NCBI GenBank assembly: GCA_963743425.1
Contig: CAVUPU010000001.1
Location: 302,003 to 366,002, forward strand
Reading direction: 5' to 3'
DNA from: an uncultured Acidobacteriota bacterium
GTDB taxonomy: Bacteria > Acidobacteriota > Blastocatellia > RBC074
DNA: 64,000 bases
Shown here: positions 47,314 to 57,037 of the stretch, piece by piece
Position numbering within the stretch: position 1 is the first letter of the stretch
Layout of the letters: each line of letters starts with the position of its first letter
The notes under the pieces: generated by a model
Database searches by the model: none
What the model was told of the DNA's origin: nothing
Seen by the model: only the letters and a program-made list of their open reading frames with translations
Translations under genes and position numbers: made by a program

Positions 47314-49974
47314 ATGAACCAGATGATTGCGCTTTCACTTATTGTTATTCAACTTGGAGCGATGATGATGGCAAATGCTGAAGTCAAAAATCAGGAATTG
47401 TGGGGCGAAGGCGTCTCGCGCGAACTGGCGCGCCATCGCGCCGCGAACATCTCCGACCTTCGTTATCGGCTGAGCTTTGATCTCATCCCTGGCGCGACCA
47501 GGATCAAAGGTCGCGAAGAGATCAGTCTGAATCTGAAGAACGCCGCCGATCCGGTGATCCTGGATTTCCGCGACCTCGACGATCAGGGGCGCATCGTCGA
47601 AGGCGCGGTCAGCAACGTGACGGTCAACGGCTCAGCGGTGAACGATCTTCGTCAAACGGGCGGCCACATCATCTTGCCAGCGCGCTATTTCAAAAGCGGC
47701 GAGAACACGATCGCCATGGATTTCGAGACAGGCGTCGCCCCGGCCAATCGTCCGATCATCCGGTACCTGGACCGTGATGACGGCGCCGAATACATCTACA
47801 CGCTGTTCGTGCCGATGGACGCGAGCCTGGCGTTCCCATGCTTCGATCAGCCCGATTTGAAGGCGCGATTCACGCTCACAACCGCCGTCCCAACGTCCTG
47901 GACCGTTGTCACAAACACGCGGCGCCAGATAATCACTCGCAACGGTACGAACTCATTGTGGGGCTTCCGTGAGACACATCCGATCAGCACGTACCTGTTT
48001 GCGTTTGCCGCGGGGCCATTCAAAGAGATTGAAGGCGAGGGTGGTTCGGTTCCGCTGCGGGTGTTCGTCCGCCAATCGAAGCTGCAGCGCGCGAAGGAGG
48101 AGTGGCCTGAAGTCGAACGGCTGACGCGCCAGGGGGTGGAACACATGGTCAAATACTTCGATCAACCGTTTCCATTCACAAAATACGATCAGGTATTGAT
48201 CCCCGGTTTCGCTTACGGCGGGATGGAGCACGCGGGCGCGACCTTCCTGCGCGAAGATTCGATCCTCTTCCGAACCGTCCCGACTAAGAGCGATAAGTTG
48301 AATCGCGCTTCGCTTGTGTTGCACGAGTTGGCGCATCAATGGTTCGGCGATCTGGTCACGATGCGGTGGTTCGACGACCTGTGGCTCAAAGAGGGCTTCG
48401 CCAACTTCATGGCCTCTCACGCGATGGCCGCGATGGAACAGTACCGCGACCTTGAGGGCGCGGCTATCTGGAAACGGTTTTATCAAACGCACAAGCCGCC
48501 GGCCTACGCCATTGACTCGACCAAAGGGACGACGCCGATCTACCAGGAAGTGCGCAATCTCAAAGACGCGAAGTCGGCCTACGGCGCGATCGTTTATCAA
48601 AAAGCGCCGAGCCTGCTGCGCGCGCTCACGTTCGTCATCGGCGAAGAGAATTTCCGCGACGGCGTGCGGTTGTTTTTGAAAGAGCATGCCTATGCGAACG
48701 CCGAATGGAGCGACCTGATCGGGGCGTTCGAGCGAGTATCGGAACAGAAGCTTCAATCGTGGGCCGACGCCTGGGTCAAACGGCGCGGGATGCCGCAGGT
48801 CGATATCGAATGGATATGCGACGCGCGGGGGTTGATCGACAGTTTTGAAATCAGGCAGCGCGACATTCTGGACGAGGGCGGCGTATGGCCGATCAAGACG
48901 CGGCTGTTGCTGGCTTACGACGACGCCGAAGCCCAACGGATCACAACTTCATTCGACGGCGAACGATCGACGATCCGCGACGCCGTCGGCAAGAAATGTC
49001 CGGCCTACGTCTTCGCGAATGACGGCGACTTCGGCTACGGCAGGTTCATGCTCGACGCGAAGAGCCGTGCGGCTGTGATGTCGAGGATCGGCGGAATCGG
49101 CGATCCGTTTCTCCGCGCGATGCTGTGGGGCGCGCTGTGGGACGCCGTGCGCGAGGCTGAAATGAATCCGCGCGATTACATATCGCTGGTTTTGAAGACG
49201 CTGCCGGCAGAGGCCGATCCGGAGCTTTCACAGAGCCTGCTCGACCGCGCGACGCGGGCGTTCGAGCGATACCTCTCAACATCAGAGCAAAGCGCAATCG
49301 CGCCGCAGATCGAGTCGCTCTTTTTCGATCGAATGATGAAGGCGGGCGAGGCCGATTTGCGGATCACCTATTTCAGGGCTTTCCGTTCGGCGGCGACGAC
49401 CGCGGAGGCGCGCAGTCAATTGAAAGACTTGCTGTCGGGCAAAACGTCCGCGCCCGGCGTCGAAATAAAACCGCAGGATCGCTGGCGCATCGTCGCCGCG
49501 CTGCTTGCGCGGCAGGACGCGGAAGCCGAAAGCCTGCTCGACGCCGAACGTAAACGCGACACAAGCGACGACGGGCGCAAACAGGCCTACATCGCTGAAG
49601 CGGCGCGCCGCGAAGCTGCCACGAAACGGCGATATTTCAACGACTATCTGAATAACCGCGCCACGCCAGAAGACTGGGTCGAAGGAAGTCTGGCCGCATT
49701 CAATTCGCCGAACCAATCGTCGTTGACTTTGCTCTACCTTAAGCCTGCTCTGGAGTCGCTTCCGCAAGTGAAGCGCGAGCGGAAGATTTTCTTTACGCTC
49801 GCCTGGCTCAACGCCTTCATCGGCGGCCAGCAGAGCCGACAGGCGCTCGATCAGGTACGCGAGTTTTTACGCGCCAACCGGCTCGACCGCGATCTCGAAT
49901 TGAAGGTCCTGGAAGTGATGGATGAGCTGGAACGGACGGTGAAGATTCGCGCGAAGTTCGCCGGTAATCAGTAA
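47314..49974 (+). CDS. pepN: M1-family zinc aminopeptidase (aminopeptidase N-like)
   Basis: GGMEHAG exopeptidase motif and HELAHQWFGDLVTMRWFDDLWLKEGFA (HExxH-x18-E). 886 aa with a signal-like N-terminus and an ERAP1-like helical C-terminal domain. Confidence 0.85.
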   Translation: MNQMIALSLIVIQLGAMMMANAEVKNQELWGEGVSRELARHRAANISDLRYRLSFDLIPGATRIKGREEISLNLKNAADPVILDFRDLDDQGRIVEGAVSNVTVNGSAVNDLRQTGGHIILPARYFKSGENTIAMDFETGVAPANRPIIRYLDRDDGAEYIYTLFVPMDASLAFPCFDQPDLKARFTLTTAVPTSWTVVTNTRRQIITRNGTNSLWGFRETHPISTYLFAFAAGPFKEIEGEGGSVPLRVFVRQSKLQRAKEEWPEVERLTRQGVEHMVKYFDQPFPFTKYDQVLIPGFAYGGMEHAGATFLREDSILFRTVPTKSDKLNRASLVLHELAHQWFGDLVTMRWFDDLWLKEGFANFMASHAMAAMEQYRDLEGAAIWKRFYQTHKPPAYAIDSTKGTTPIYQEVRNLKDAKSAYGAIVYQKAPSLLRALTFVIGEENFRDGVRLFLKEHAYANAEWSDLIGAFERVSEQKLQSWADAWVKRRGMPQVDIEWICDARGLIDSFEIRQRDILDEGGVWPIKTRLLLAYDDAEAQRITTSFDGERSTIRDAVGKKCPAYVFANDGDFGYGRFMLDAKSRAAVMSRIGGIGDPFLRAMLWGALWDAVREAEMNPRDYISLVLKTLPAEADPELSQSLLDRATRAFERYLSTSEQSAIAPQIESLFFDRMMKAGEADLRITYFRAFRSAATTAEARSQLKDLLSGKTSAPGVEIKPQDRWRIVAALLARQDAEAESLLDAERKRDTSDDGRKQAYIAEAARREAATKRRYFNDYLNNRATPEDWVEGSLAAFNSPNQSSLTLLYLKPALESLPQVKRERKIFFTLAWLNAFIGGQQSRQALDQVREFLRANRLDRDLELKVLEVMDELERTVKIRAKFAGNQ

Positions 49975-50005
49975 ATCACGAATGGATGAAGAGTTTCATT
50001 TTCCA

Positions 50006-50084
50006 TTTTCCATATTACATCTGTCATTTGCCATTGAAGAAGGCCAACTCAGACAATGACAAATGACAGATGTAATATGGAAAA
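50006..50084. terminator. Perfect 25-bp inverted repeat between convergent genes (bidirectional terminator or REP-like element)
   Basis: ttttccatattacatctgtcatttg (50006-30) is the exact reverse complement of 50060-84. It sits between the pepN-like stop (49974) and the STAND gene stop (50100). Confidence 0.5.
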
Positions 50085-50099
50085 TGCTCTTTCTTGCTG

Positions 50100-53061
50100 T
50101 TATCGCGCCCTCCACTCAATCAGCCGCTCCTTGACGACCTGGGCGTAGGGGTGTTCGGCGATCTCGAAGAGTTCGAGAGCGATCTCGGCCTGGGATATGG
50201 CCTGTTTACGGTCGCCGGTCTGATCGAGCGCGAGGCTCAGGTTGAAGAGAGCGTTGGCCTGGGCCTGGATGTCGCCGATCTGGCTGGCGATGTTAAAGGC
50301 GCTGGTCAGCATATCGATCGCGGTCTGGTACTCGCCTGCGGCGACGCAGGCTTCACCGAGGTTGCTGAGCGCGATGGCCTCGCCACGGCGGTCGCCGAGT
50401 TCGGAGGCCAGGCGGAGTTGCTTGTTGAGCAGTTCTATCGAGCGGCTGAGATTGCCGTCGATGGTATTCGGCGATTCCGAGGCCACCCAGGGCGCTGGCT
50501 TCGCCGCGGCGGTCGCCGATCTCGCGCGCGACGAGGAGCGACTGTTCGTGGAAGGCTATCGCCTGCCGATGGCGCTTCAAGGCGGCGTAAGCGGATCCCA
50601 GGTTGCCGAGCGCGCTGGCTTCGCCGCGACGGTCGCCGATTTCCCGCGTAATCGCCAATTGCTGGTTGAAAAGCTCCGCGGCGCGCTCCGCGTCGCCCGT
50701 CGCGTAATGTGTCGTGCCCAGCCCGCCGAGGGCCTGCGATTCGCCGCGGCGGTCGCCGATCTCGCGCGCGGCTTTGAGTTGTTGGTCGAAGAGGATCAGG
50801 GCGTTGCGCAGGTCGCCCGTCGCGAAATAGGCCAGCCCCAGATTGCCGAGCGAATCGGCTTCGCGACGGCGAGGGCCGACCCGGGAGAAGATCTCCAACG
50901 CCTCCCGATGTAAGTCGCAGGCGCGCTTCAGTCCGCCGCCGAGGTAATAGGCCGCGCCCAGTCCGCTCAAAGCTTCGGCTTCGCCCCGCCGGTCACAGGC
51001 TTCGCGGGCGATCTGCAGGGCCTGTTCGTAACATCCCGTGGCGTGATTGACTTCGGCCAGGTCGTTGTAAGAATCGCCGAGCGCGACCAGGTGCCGGACG
51101 GCGGCGTTGCGTTGGTTCAATTTCTGCGCGGCTGTGAGCGCGGCTTCGCTCCAGCGAATGCGTTCGCGCGGGCGCTGGCGCAATTCCAGCACGTACTTGC
51201 CCGCGTCCGGGTAGGAATTGCACAACTCGCGGGCGGCGTGATCGTCATCAACGTGCGTCGCCGCCCAGACCTGCCCATCCTGAATGTTGTTCCATTCCAG
51301 ATCGATCAGACCCAATCCCCGCCTCAGAAACTCTCCGCCCTGTTCGTAGAGAGCGTCGGCCTCGTGCAATACGCTCTGGTAATGCGCCGAAAACCGCTGG
51401 CGCGCGATGGTCATCTCCTGATCGTTCGAACGAGATTCGGCGAATCGCGCCGTCAGGTCATGCAGGCGATAACGTCCGGTGGCCCGATTGCGTTCGATCA
51501 GGCTGTAAGCCATCAAACGGTCGAGCGCGTTGTTCGTACGGACCGGAGTGATCTGCCAGACTGATGCGGCGGCGGAGACATCGAAGGTGTCACGGAAGAC
51601 CGCCAGCATGCGCCACAGCTTCTGCAATCCGGGGACCAGCAGGTCGTAACTCAGACTCAGCACGGCGTCTACCGGATGAACCGGCGAACGCGCAGCAGTA
51701 AGCGAGAGACTTGCGCCTATCGCGGCTCTGTCTGTGAAGGGAGAGCCGGTCCATTGCAATCTCTCCACCCGCTGGACGTAATCCGCAATTTTCAGATCGG
51801 CGCTGATCAGAAGCGCGCTCGCGGCCAGCCGCAGCGCGAGCGGAAGGTGCTCGCAGAGTTCCGCGACCTTGGCTGCCTGACCGTCGATGCGCGGAACGAT
51901 CCGCAACAGGAAGTCGCGCGACTCGGACGGCGACAGACTCCCCAACTCTTTCGAGAACATCGCGGGCATCGCGATCTGATCGCGCGATGTGACGATGGTT
52001 ATGCATCCGTCCGGCGCCACTAGCGGGGCGACCTGCTGCGCGCCCGCCGTGTTGTCGAGCAGGAGCAGAACGCGTTTGCCCATCAGCGCGGAGTGATAGA
52101 GACGATCCAGCTCGACCTCGTTTTCGGGCAGGCGGACGGTCGGTAGATAAGCGTGGATGACCGCCGATTGGGCCTCAACGACCGAAAGCGGCTGCGGGCT
52201 TGCGCCTTTCAGGTCGAGGTAGAACTGCGCGTCCGGATAATGGGATTTGAGTTGATCGGCGAGCTTCAGGGCGAGCGTCGTTTTGCCCGCGCCGCCGGGG
52301 CCTTGAACGCTCAGGATGCGCACGTCGTGGTTGGCGCGCGCGGCGTATAGTTCGACCAGCTCCGCCGACCGCCCGACGAATTCCGGCAAGGGAGGAGGTA
52401 GTTGGTGAAAAGTGGCCATTGGCGAGAAGGGAGATTCGATCAGATGCCGATAGCGCGCAAAAACATCGTCATCTGTCGAAGAAACATTGTCCTTATTTTC
52501 GCTCCTGTAATTGGCGCGATCTTCCGAAAACTCTCGGACGATTCCAGCCGTCACAGGCCGCCTCTCGCCACGCGCCTTCTCCAGGACTGCGCTTGACACG
52601 GCCGCGGCCATTCCCAAACCTTCGCTTTCATATGTGGCGGTAAAGGCAGGCGGTCGCCCTGAACCTCGTCCGTTGGAAAACCCAATGCGCTCGTCAGCCT
52701 GATAATTGACAGACTGTTCGAGGAGACCATCCGTTTTGAGGCTGGGCGGTTCCATGTCGCCGCCAATTGTGAAATCATCGCCCCAGTTTTCAGCCTCTTC
52801 GATCCATCTCTTCGCGAGCTTCGTTTGACGTCTCAGATTGAACCCGATCAGAGTTATTGCCGCCAGGCTGACGGCCAGTAAAACCGGCGTCAGTCTGGCT
52901 AGCGGCTGAATCAATTCTCCCGCGATTCCGCCCAGCCCGATTATAGGCAACAGTCCTCGCGCAAGCATCAACAAGACAGCTCCCAGCAAAACATAAACCA
53001 GAAGTACGTTTATCCACCTACTCATCTTTCGCACCAGGGTCGGCGCCAGGGGAGACGCCAT
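50100..53061 (-). pseudogene. Membrane-anchored NB-ARC (STAND) ATPase with C-terminal TPR repeats; frame broken near 50470
   Basis: N-terminal TM helices (WINVLLVYVLLGAVLLML..., LTPVLLAVSLAAITLIGF). The P-loop is VQGPGGAGKTTLALKLA and Walker B is RVLLLLDN. There are at least 8 TPR units with the recurring GDRRGEA..LG.LG motif. The last 1.5 repeats (128-aa ORF 50100-50486) are in another frame. Confidence 0.8.
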
Positions 53062-53628
53062 TTGTCGTTCGTCGTTTGTCGTTCGTCATCGGTCGGGGCT
53101 TTCGGGCTTGGACCGTAGGGGCGCCGCGGCGCGACTTGTCGCGGAGACTTCACCGTCGGGGCGCTCGTCGCTGGCAAGCGGACGAAGCTCGCGCGTGCGG
53201 AGGAGCGATGATCCGAAACTCCTCCTCGATGTCGAGGGCGAACTCGTCGTCAAATGGCATTGCCAGCTCCATATGAGTGATTCACCAGATTTTTACAGAT
53301 TTTGCGGTTCAAAGCCATACAGCCGTGCCATAGGGCCGTGTCTTTGAACGTGCACGCGCACAGAGAGCAACCGCGCGTATGAAGGCGGCAAAATGGTAAG
53401 GCTTTTGTTTGAATGAGGCAAGGAAAAGCGGGTGTTTCCGGGACGGGGGTCTCGAGAGCGTCTACCGCGCGAAAGACGTTGAGACTCGCGCCGGAGACCC
53501 ACGTCAACGTCACCGTGATACTGTTTTCCGGCGCAGAGTATTACGGGGCGATCAGCAAAATCGAGTCAGACAGTTTCGAAGTAGCCGAAGTCGATCGGTA
53601 CATCGAATGAAATCACAGCCATCGGGGG

Positions 53629-53710
53629 CGAGCGTTCAGAGTACCGGCTTTAGTCGGCGGCGCTTGGATGCCAAGCCCTGCCGACTAAAGCCGGTACTCT
53701 GAACGCTCGC
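53629..53710. repeat. REP-like palindromic element (family D), perfect 31-bp arms
   Basis: gcgagcgttcagagtaccggctttagtcggc (53629-59) is the exact reverse complement of 53680-53710. Confidence 0.75.
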
Positions 53711-53928
53711 CTTCGACGGTTGCAGTTAAACTGAATGCGCTGATGTCAATTATTCCGAAAAGGCTGCGCAAGCAAATGAAGATACTCCCCGCGGGATTTT
53801 TGAAACTATATATTCAAGGGACCTATTCCGACGCCAAGAGCGGTAAAGCAAGATCTGTATTTTTAATAGTTTGCGAGCATCGCCCGGCGCTCTCAATGGC
53901 AAGCCGCTAAGCCCCTTGCTTTCCAGGC

Positions 53929-53950
53929 GTTTCAAAAATCCCGTGGGGAG
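53929..53950 (-). terminator. Short hairpin plus U-run 4 nt after the Cys-rich precursor stop codon
   Basis: The minus-strand RNA reads CUCCCCACGGGAUUUUUGAAAC. A near-identical copy on the plus strand at 53785-53806 faces it. Confidence 0.35.
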
Positions 53951-53953
53951 CGC

Positions 53954-54289
53954 CTAGCAGAAGCTGCCAACCTTTATAGCCCGCGAGCATTTCACATTAT
54001 TACAGCCCGGAGGACAGCAAGGGCTGACGGTATAACACTCCAGACAACTGTAAGTCCCGCAACTGTTGTGAGTCTGGTAAGAGCAAATCCATGACCATGA
54101 ACAGGCGCAGCCGGAGCATGGGCTGGGAGCTACACAGAGATCACAGCAGAAAACCTTGATCGTCGCAGCGGCGGCTCGGCCGTTCCCGAACAGGCTTGAA
54201 ACAAGCGCCGCCAACCCTGCGGAAAGGCCGGCAAGAATACCTCGGCGGCTTACCATCCCGGTTAGTTTCTCAACCATTTTGTCGATCAT
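53954..54289 (-). CDS. Tat-signal, Cys-rich small secreted protein (111 aa; 15 Cys in about 68 mature residues); MauA-like leader
   Basis: The leader is MIDKMVEKLTGMVSRRGILAGLSAGLAALVSSLFGNGRAAAA. The mature part is TIKVFCCDLCVAPSPCSGCACSWSWICSYQTHNSCGTYSCLECYTVSPCCPPGCNNVKCSRAIKVGSFC. It is the last gene of a five-gene minus-strand cluster. Confidence 0.7.
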   Translation of the reverse strand: MIDKMVEKLTGMVSRRGILAGLSAGLAALVSSLFGNGRAAAATIKVFCCDLCVAPSPCSGCACSWSWICSYQTHNSCGTYSCLECYTVSPCCPPGCNNVKCSRAIKVGSFC

Positions 54290-54419
54290 AGCGGCCTCCT
54301 TTTGAGATTCAATGTTGAAATTGGCCCCGCTCCCGACGTTTCCGCCAGTGCGGGCGATGAATGGTCACACAACACTACACAAAACACCGGATTAAAAAGT
54401 CGGGTCAATCCGTTATGTT

Positions 54420-55016
54420 TTAAGTCGAATCGGAAGCAGACTTTGATGATTCCGCCCCATCATTACGCCACGGCCGTAGCAACTCCACTACGTCAGCCGC
54501 ACTTAAAAGCCAACTACCAAAAACCAGTAGAAATATCGCTGACAAAAAAGCCAGACCGAACTCCGACATGTCATTAACCCGATCGAGATTTACTGGATTA
54601 TTCGCCTTCAAGAAGGCGATATCGGCAAGCAGAAACAATTCCCCGGCCATCAATAGGATCAGCCGGGCCAATGTGCGTTTCGAAATCACGTCCCCTTTCG
54701 ACTTACCGAAACAATAACAGGGCAATAATCGCCCCCGTTTTAAATTTAAGGCCACGCCGACCATGAAACACGCCAACACGACAATCCCCAATAACACGCC
54801 GAATGACAACAATCGTCCGGTGAGATGAGTCGCCGCCAGTAAGATCTCGGTTGGGATGAGCAGCAACCCGACCAGGTAGGAAAGGCGGTCAGGCAATACT
54901 CGATATTCCACTACTCCTCGGGCAAAGTCACGGGGGGTCATGAGTTTTCCCGTCACGGACAATATAAAAACCAGGCCAACGGCAAGTTGTACGACGAGCT
55001 CCATCCGACTCTGCAT
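54420..55016 (-). CDS. MauE-family membrane protein (methylamine utilisation protein MauE / DoxX-like)
   Basis: Four TM helices. VTGKLMTPRDFARGVVEYRVLP and the LLPCYCFG motif are as I recall for MauE. The ATG at 55016 is preceded by GAGG. Confidence 0.65.
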   Translation of the reverse strand: MQSRMELVVQLAVGLVFILSVTGKLMTPRDFARGVVEYRVLPDRLSYLVGLLLIPTEILLAATHLTGRLLSFGVLLGIVVLACFMVGVALNLKRGRLLPCYCFGKSKGDVISKRTLARLILLMAGELFLLADIAFLKANNPVNLDRVNDMSEFGLAFLSAIFLLVFGSWLLSAADVVELLRPWRNDGAESSKSASDST

Positions 55017-55026
55017 ATTCCGAACC

Positions 55027-56190
55027 TCAATCCAAAAATTCTTTCTGTCGAGCCGATTCTCGCCTCTCCCATTGGTCGCCAAGAATCGGTTGCAGATCAA
55101 ATCCTTCCCAGCCCAAATTGTGGGAACTCACGGCCCATAATCGGAACTGCGCCGACCAGATCTCGGAACGCTGCAAATCTCTGCGATATGTCGGTCCGAA
55201 GGCGGAGTTGGCGGCGGTGATGTGGGCGCTGACCCGCCCGAAATCAACAATGGCGCAATCATTCATCCACAGCGATAAGGTATAACACGTGCGCAAATCC
55301 TCAATCAGAAAGAGGGCCTGCAATAAACCGGCGATCTTCCGTGATTCGCGCCGAACGCGGCGAAAGGCCAGATAGAAGGGGAGCAACGACCAGGCTGAAC
55401 GCAGCCGGAAGCGAGTCAATACGCAGGAAACTTTGGTATCCACACGCGCAAATGCCGCGCCGGTGAAAGGACGAGAGTCAGGCCAATCACAGGGCTGATC
55501 GCCTTCCTTTACGGTCCGGTTATGCTCGGCGCCGGCCGCTCGACCTTCGTCTTCTCCTTTTACAGCGACATGCGCGCCGTCAGTTGCCGACTCAGACGGG
55601 TTGGATTCGGTTTGCGGCTTATCAACCTCGGGCTCCGCTTCTTCACTCGGGACCGGCTCTCCGTAGCGAACCACTCTAAGATCTTCATCCAATGCTACGG
55701 CTCGAGGAAACTTCTTGATGAGAAAAGATCGAGTAATAACCCCTTCTTCATCCAATACTACCGGCACTTTGTGTTCATTAAAGCCCTCCACCAGATGCTC
55801 GTTTACAAATGTCCGGCATGATTCTTCCCGGCCATTGCAAACAATACAGAGATGCCCGTCCGTATCATGCCACCACGAGTGGATCACAATTGGGAGTTGG
55901 CGATAAAAAAGCGACGGTATGTCAGGATTAACGAACACCAAAATGCTTTCGTGCCCTTTAAAACGCGAGGTATTCATCAACTCGCCCGTCGATAACAAAG
56001 GAGCCGTAAACTCGGGAGCGGCTGCGCCTTTTCGCAACTGGTCAGGCAGAAGTTCTTTCGCCTTATCGAGACGAGAGATATATAGCCGCCGGAGCCTGAG
56101 AGTTTCTCTCAAAATCCGATTAAGGATCAGCGCCAGGAGAATCGCCAGTCCACCCAACAGCGCATAGCTCGCTATGAACAGGCCTTGCAT
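55027..56190 (-). CDS. Membrane-anchored thioredoxin-fold protein (CIVC) fused to a ferredoxin-like/ABM-like C-terminal domain
   Basis: The TM is LFIASYALLGGLAILLALIL. The Trx-like region is PEFTAPLL...ILVFVNPD...HLCIVCNGREESC, followed by an acidic linker. The C-terminal roughly 150 aa (VLTRFRLRSAWSLLPFYLAFRRVRRESRK...TLSLWMNDCAIVDF) look like an alpha+beta barrel. Start is at MQGLF (GGGAGG upstream); an alternative ATG lies at 56271. Confidence 0.55.
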   Translation of the reverse strand: MQGLFIASYALLGGLAILLALILNRILRETLRLRRLYISRLDKAKELLPDQLRKGAAAPEFTAPLLSTGELMNTSRFKGHESILVFVNPDIPSLFYRQLPIVIHSWWHDTDGHLCIVCNGREESCRTFVNEHLVEGFNEHKVPVVLDEEGVITRSFLIKKFPRAVALDEDLRVVRYGEPVPSEEAEPEVDKPQTESNPSESATDGAHVAVKGEDEGRAAGAEHNRTVKEGDQPCDWPDSRPFTGAAFARVDTKVSCVLTRFRLRSAWSLLPFYLAFRRVRRESRKIAGLLQALFLIEDLRTCYTLSLWMNDCAIVDFGRVSAHITAANSAFGPTYRRDLQRSEIWSAQFRLWAVSSHNLGWEGFDLQPILGDQWERRESARQKEFLD

Positions 56191-56231
56191 AAACTTTTTC
56201 GCCTCCCTGATTTCGGATGACTTTCCATCTG

Positions 56232-57008
56232 CTATTGTCGAGCCAGCAATACTGAGATCACGGAGCACCATATCAGGGCGGCTCCCGATATTCGGCGCAG
56301 CGCATCGCGGTGATCCAGGATCGCTTCCGTCAATTCAACGCTCCCCGTCTCGGACCTCAGCAATAACGGCGCGACCCATACCGACAGCGCGCGCCCCAGC
56401 CAGTACGCTGACATCATCGCCGCGCCGAACACCGGATCGCCGAGCGACAGGGCGATCGCCGCCAGCAACCAGAAGCCACCGTAAGTTATTCTGGTGAAGA
56501 AACCCAGGCCGATGTGCAATCCCCAGAGTAATGAAGCTCCGACAAAACCGAATTGATGCGCCCAGAATTTCTCCGTTTGCAGTTTCCGCTCGGGCAGGCC
56601 GAAGCTGAGAATATTCCATTCCCTGGCGGCCAGGATCAGACCGATCGAACCGGTTATGTAACAAGCGATCTCTCTGATGGTTTCACCGATCACATACCGG
56701 CCTGTCACTCCAAGCGCCGCTCCCGCAATAATAGAACTGACCGCGCCCGCCGCCGTGTATGACAGGACCGATTTGAACCAGAGCTTATAGTCGTGCGCCT
56801 CCTTCCCGAGGGGCGTTAGCGCTCCTACGAGCGATACCCCTCAGAGCCCGCCGATCTGGACCCAGCCGAAGATCACAGCGGCGGATAATAACGCGGCGCG
56901 CGGGCTGAAAGCCGCGACCGACAATCCAACGGCTGATCCGATCAACAGTATCAGATAACCGGTTCGAACCAGCGCCTTACGAGGCGATGTGGAAATGTCA
57001 CATGTCAT
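56232..57008 (-). CDS. Polytopic membrane protein (DsbD_2/CcdA-like suspected) with an in-frame TGA at codon 56
   Basis: The frame from the ATG at 57008 to the stop at 56232 is 259 codons, interrupted only by TGA (56841-56843). The context is ...AAVIFGWVQIGGL[TGA]GVSLVGALTPLG..., with about 8 hydrophobic segments. The ORF track reports only the part after the TGA. Confidence 0.5.
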
Positions 57009-57037
57009 TGGGACACCTATGATCTCGATGCGGCCAA

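Noticed and set aside
53413-53610. 65-aa ORF ending ...THVNVTVILFSGAEYYGAISKIESDSFEVAEVDRYIE just before a REP element.
   Set aside because: It may be the truncated start of a small beta-barrel protein. However, the N-terminal half is low-complexity, there is no RBS, and I recognised no family.
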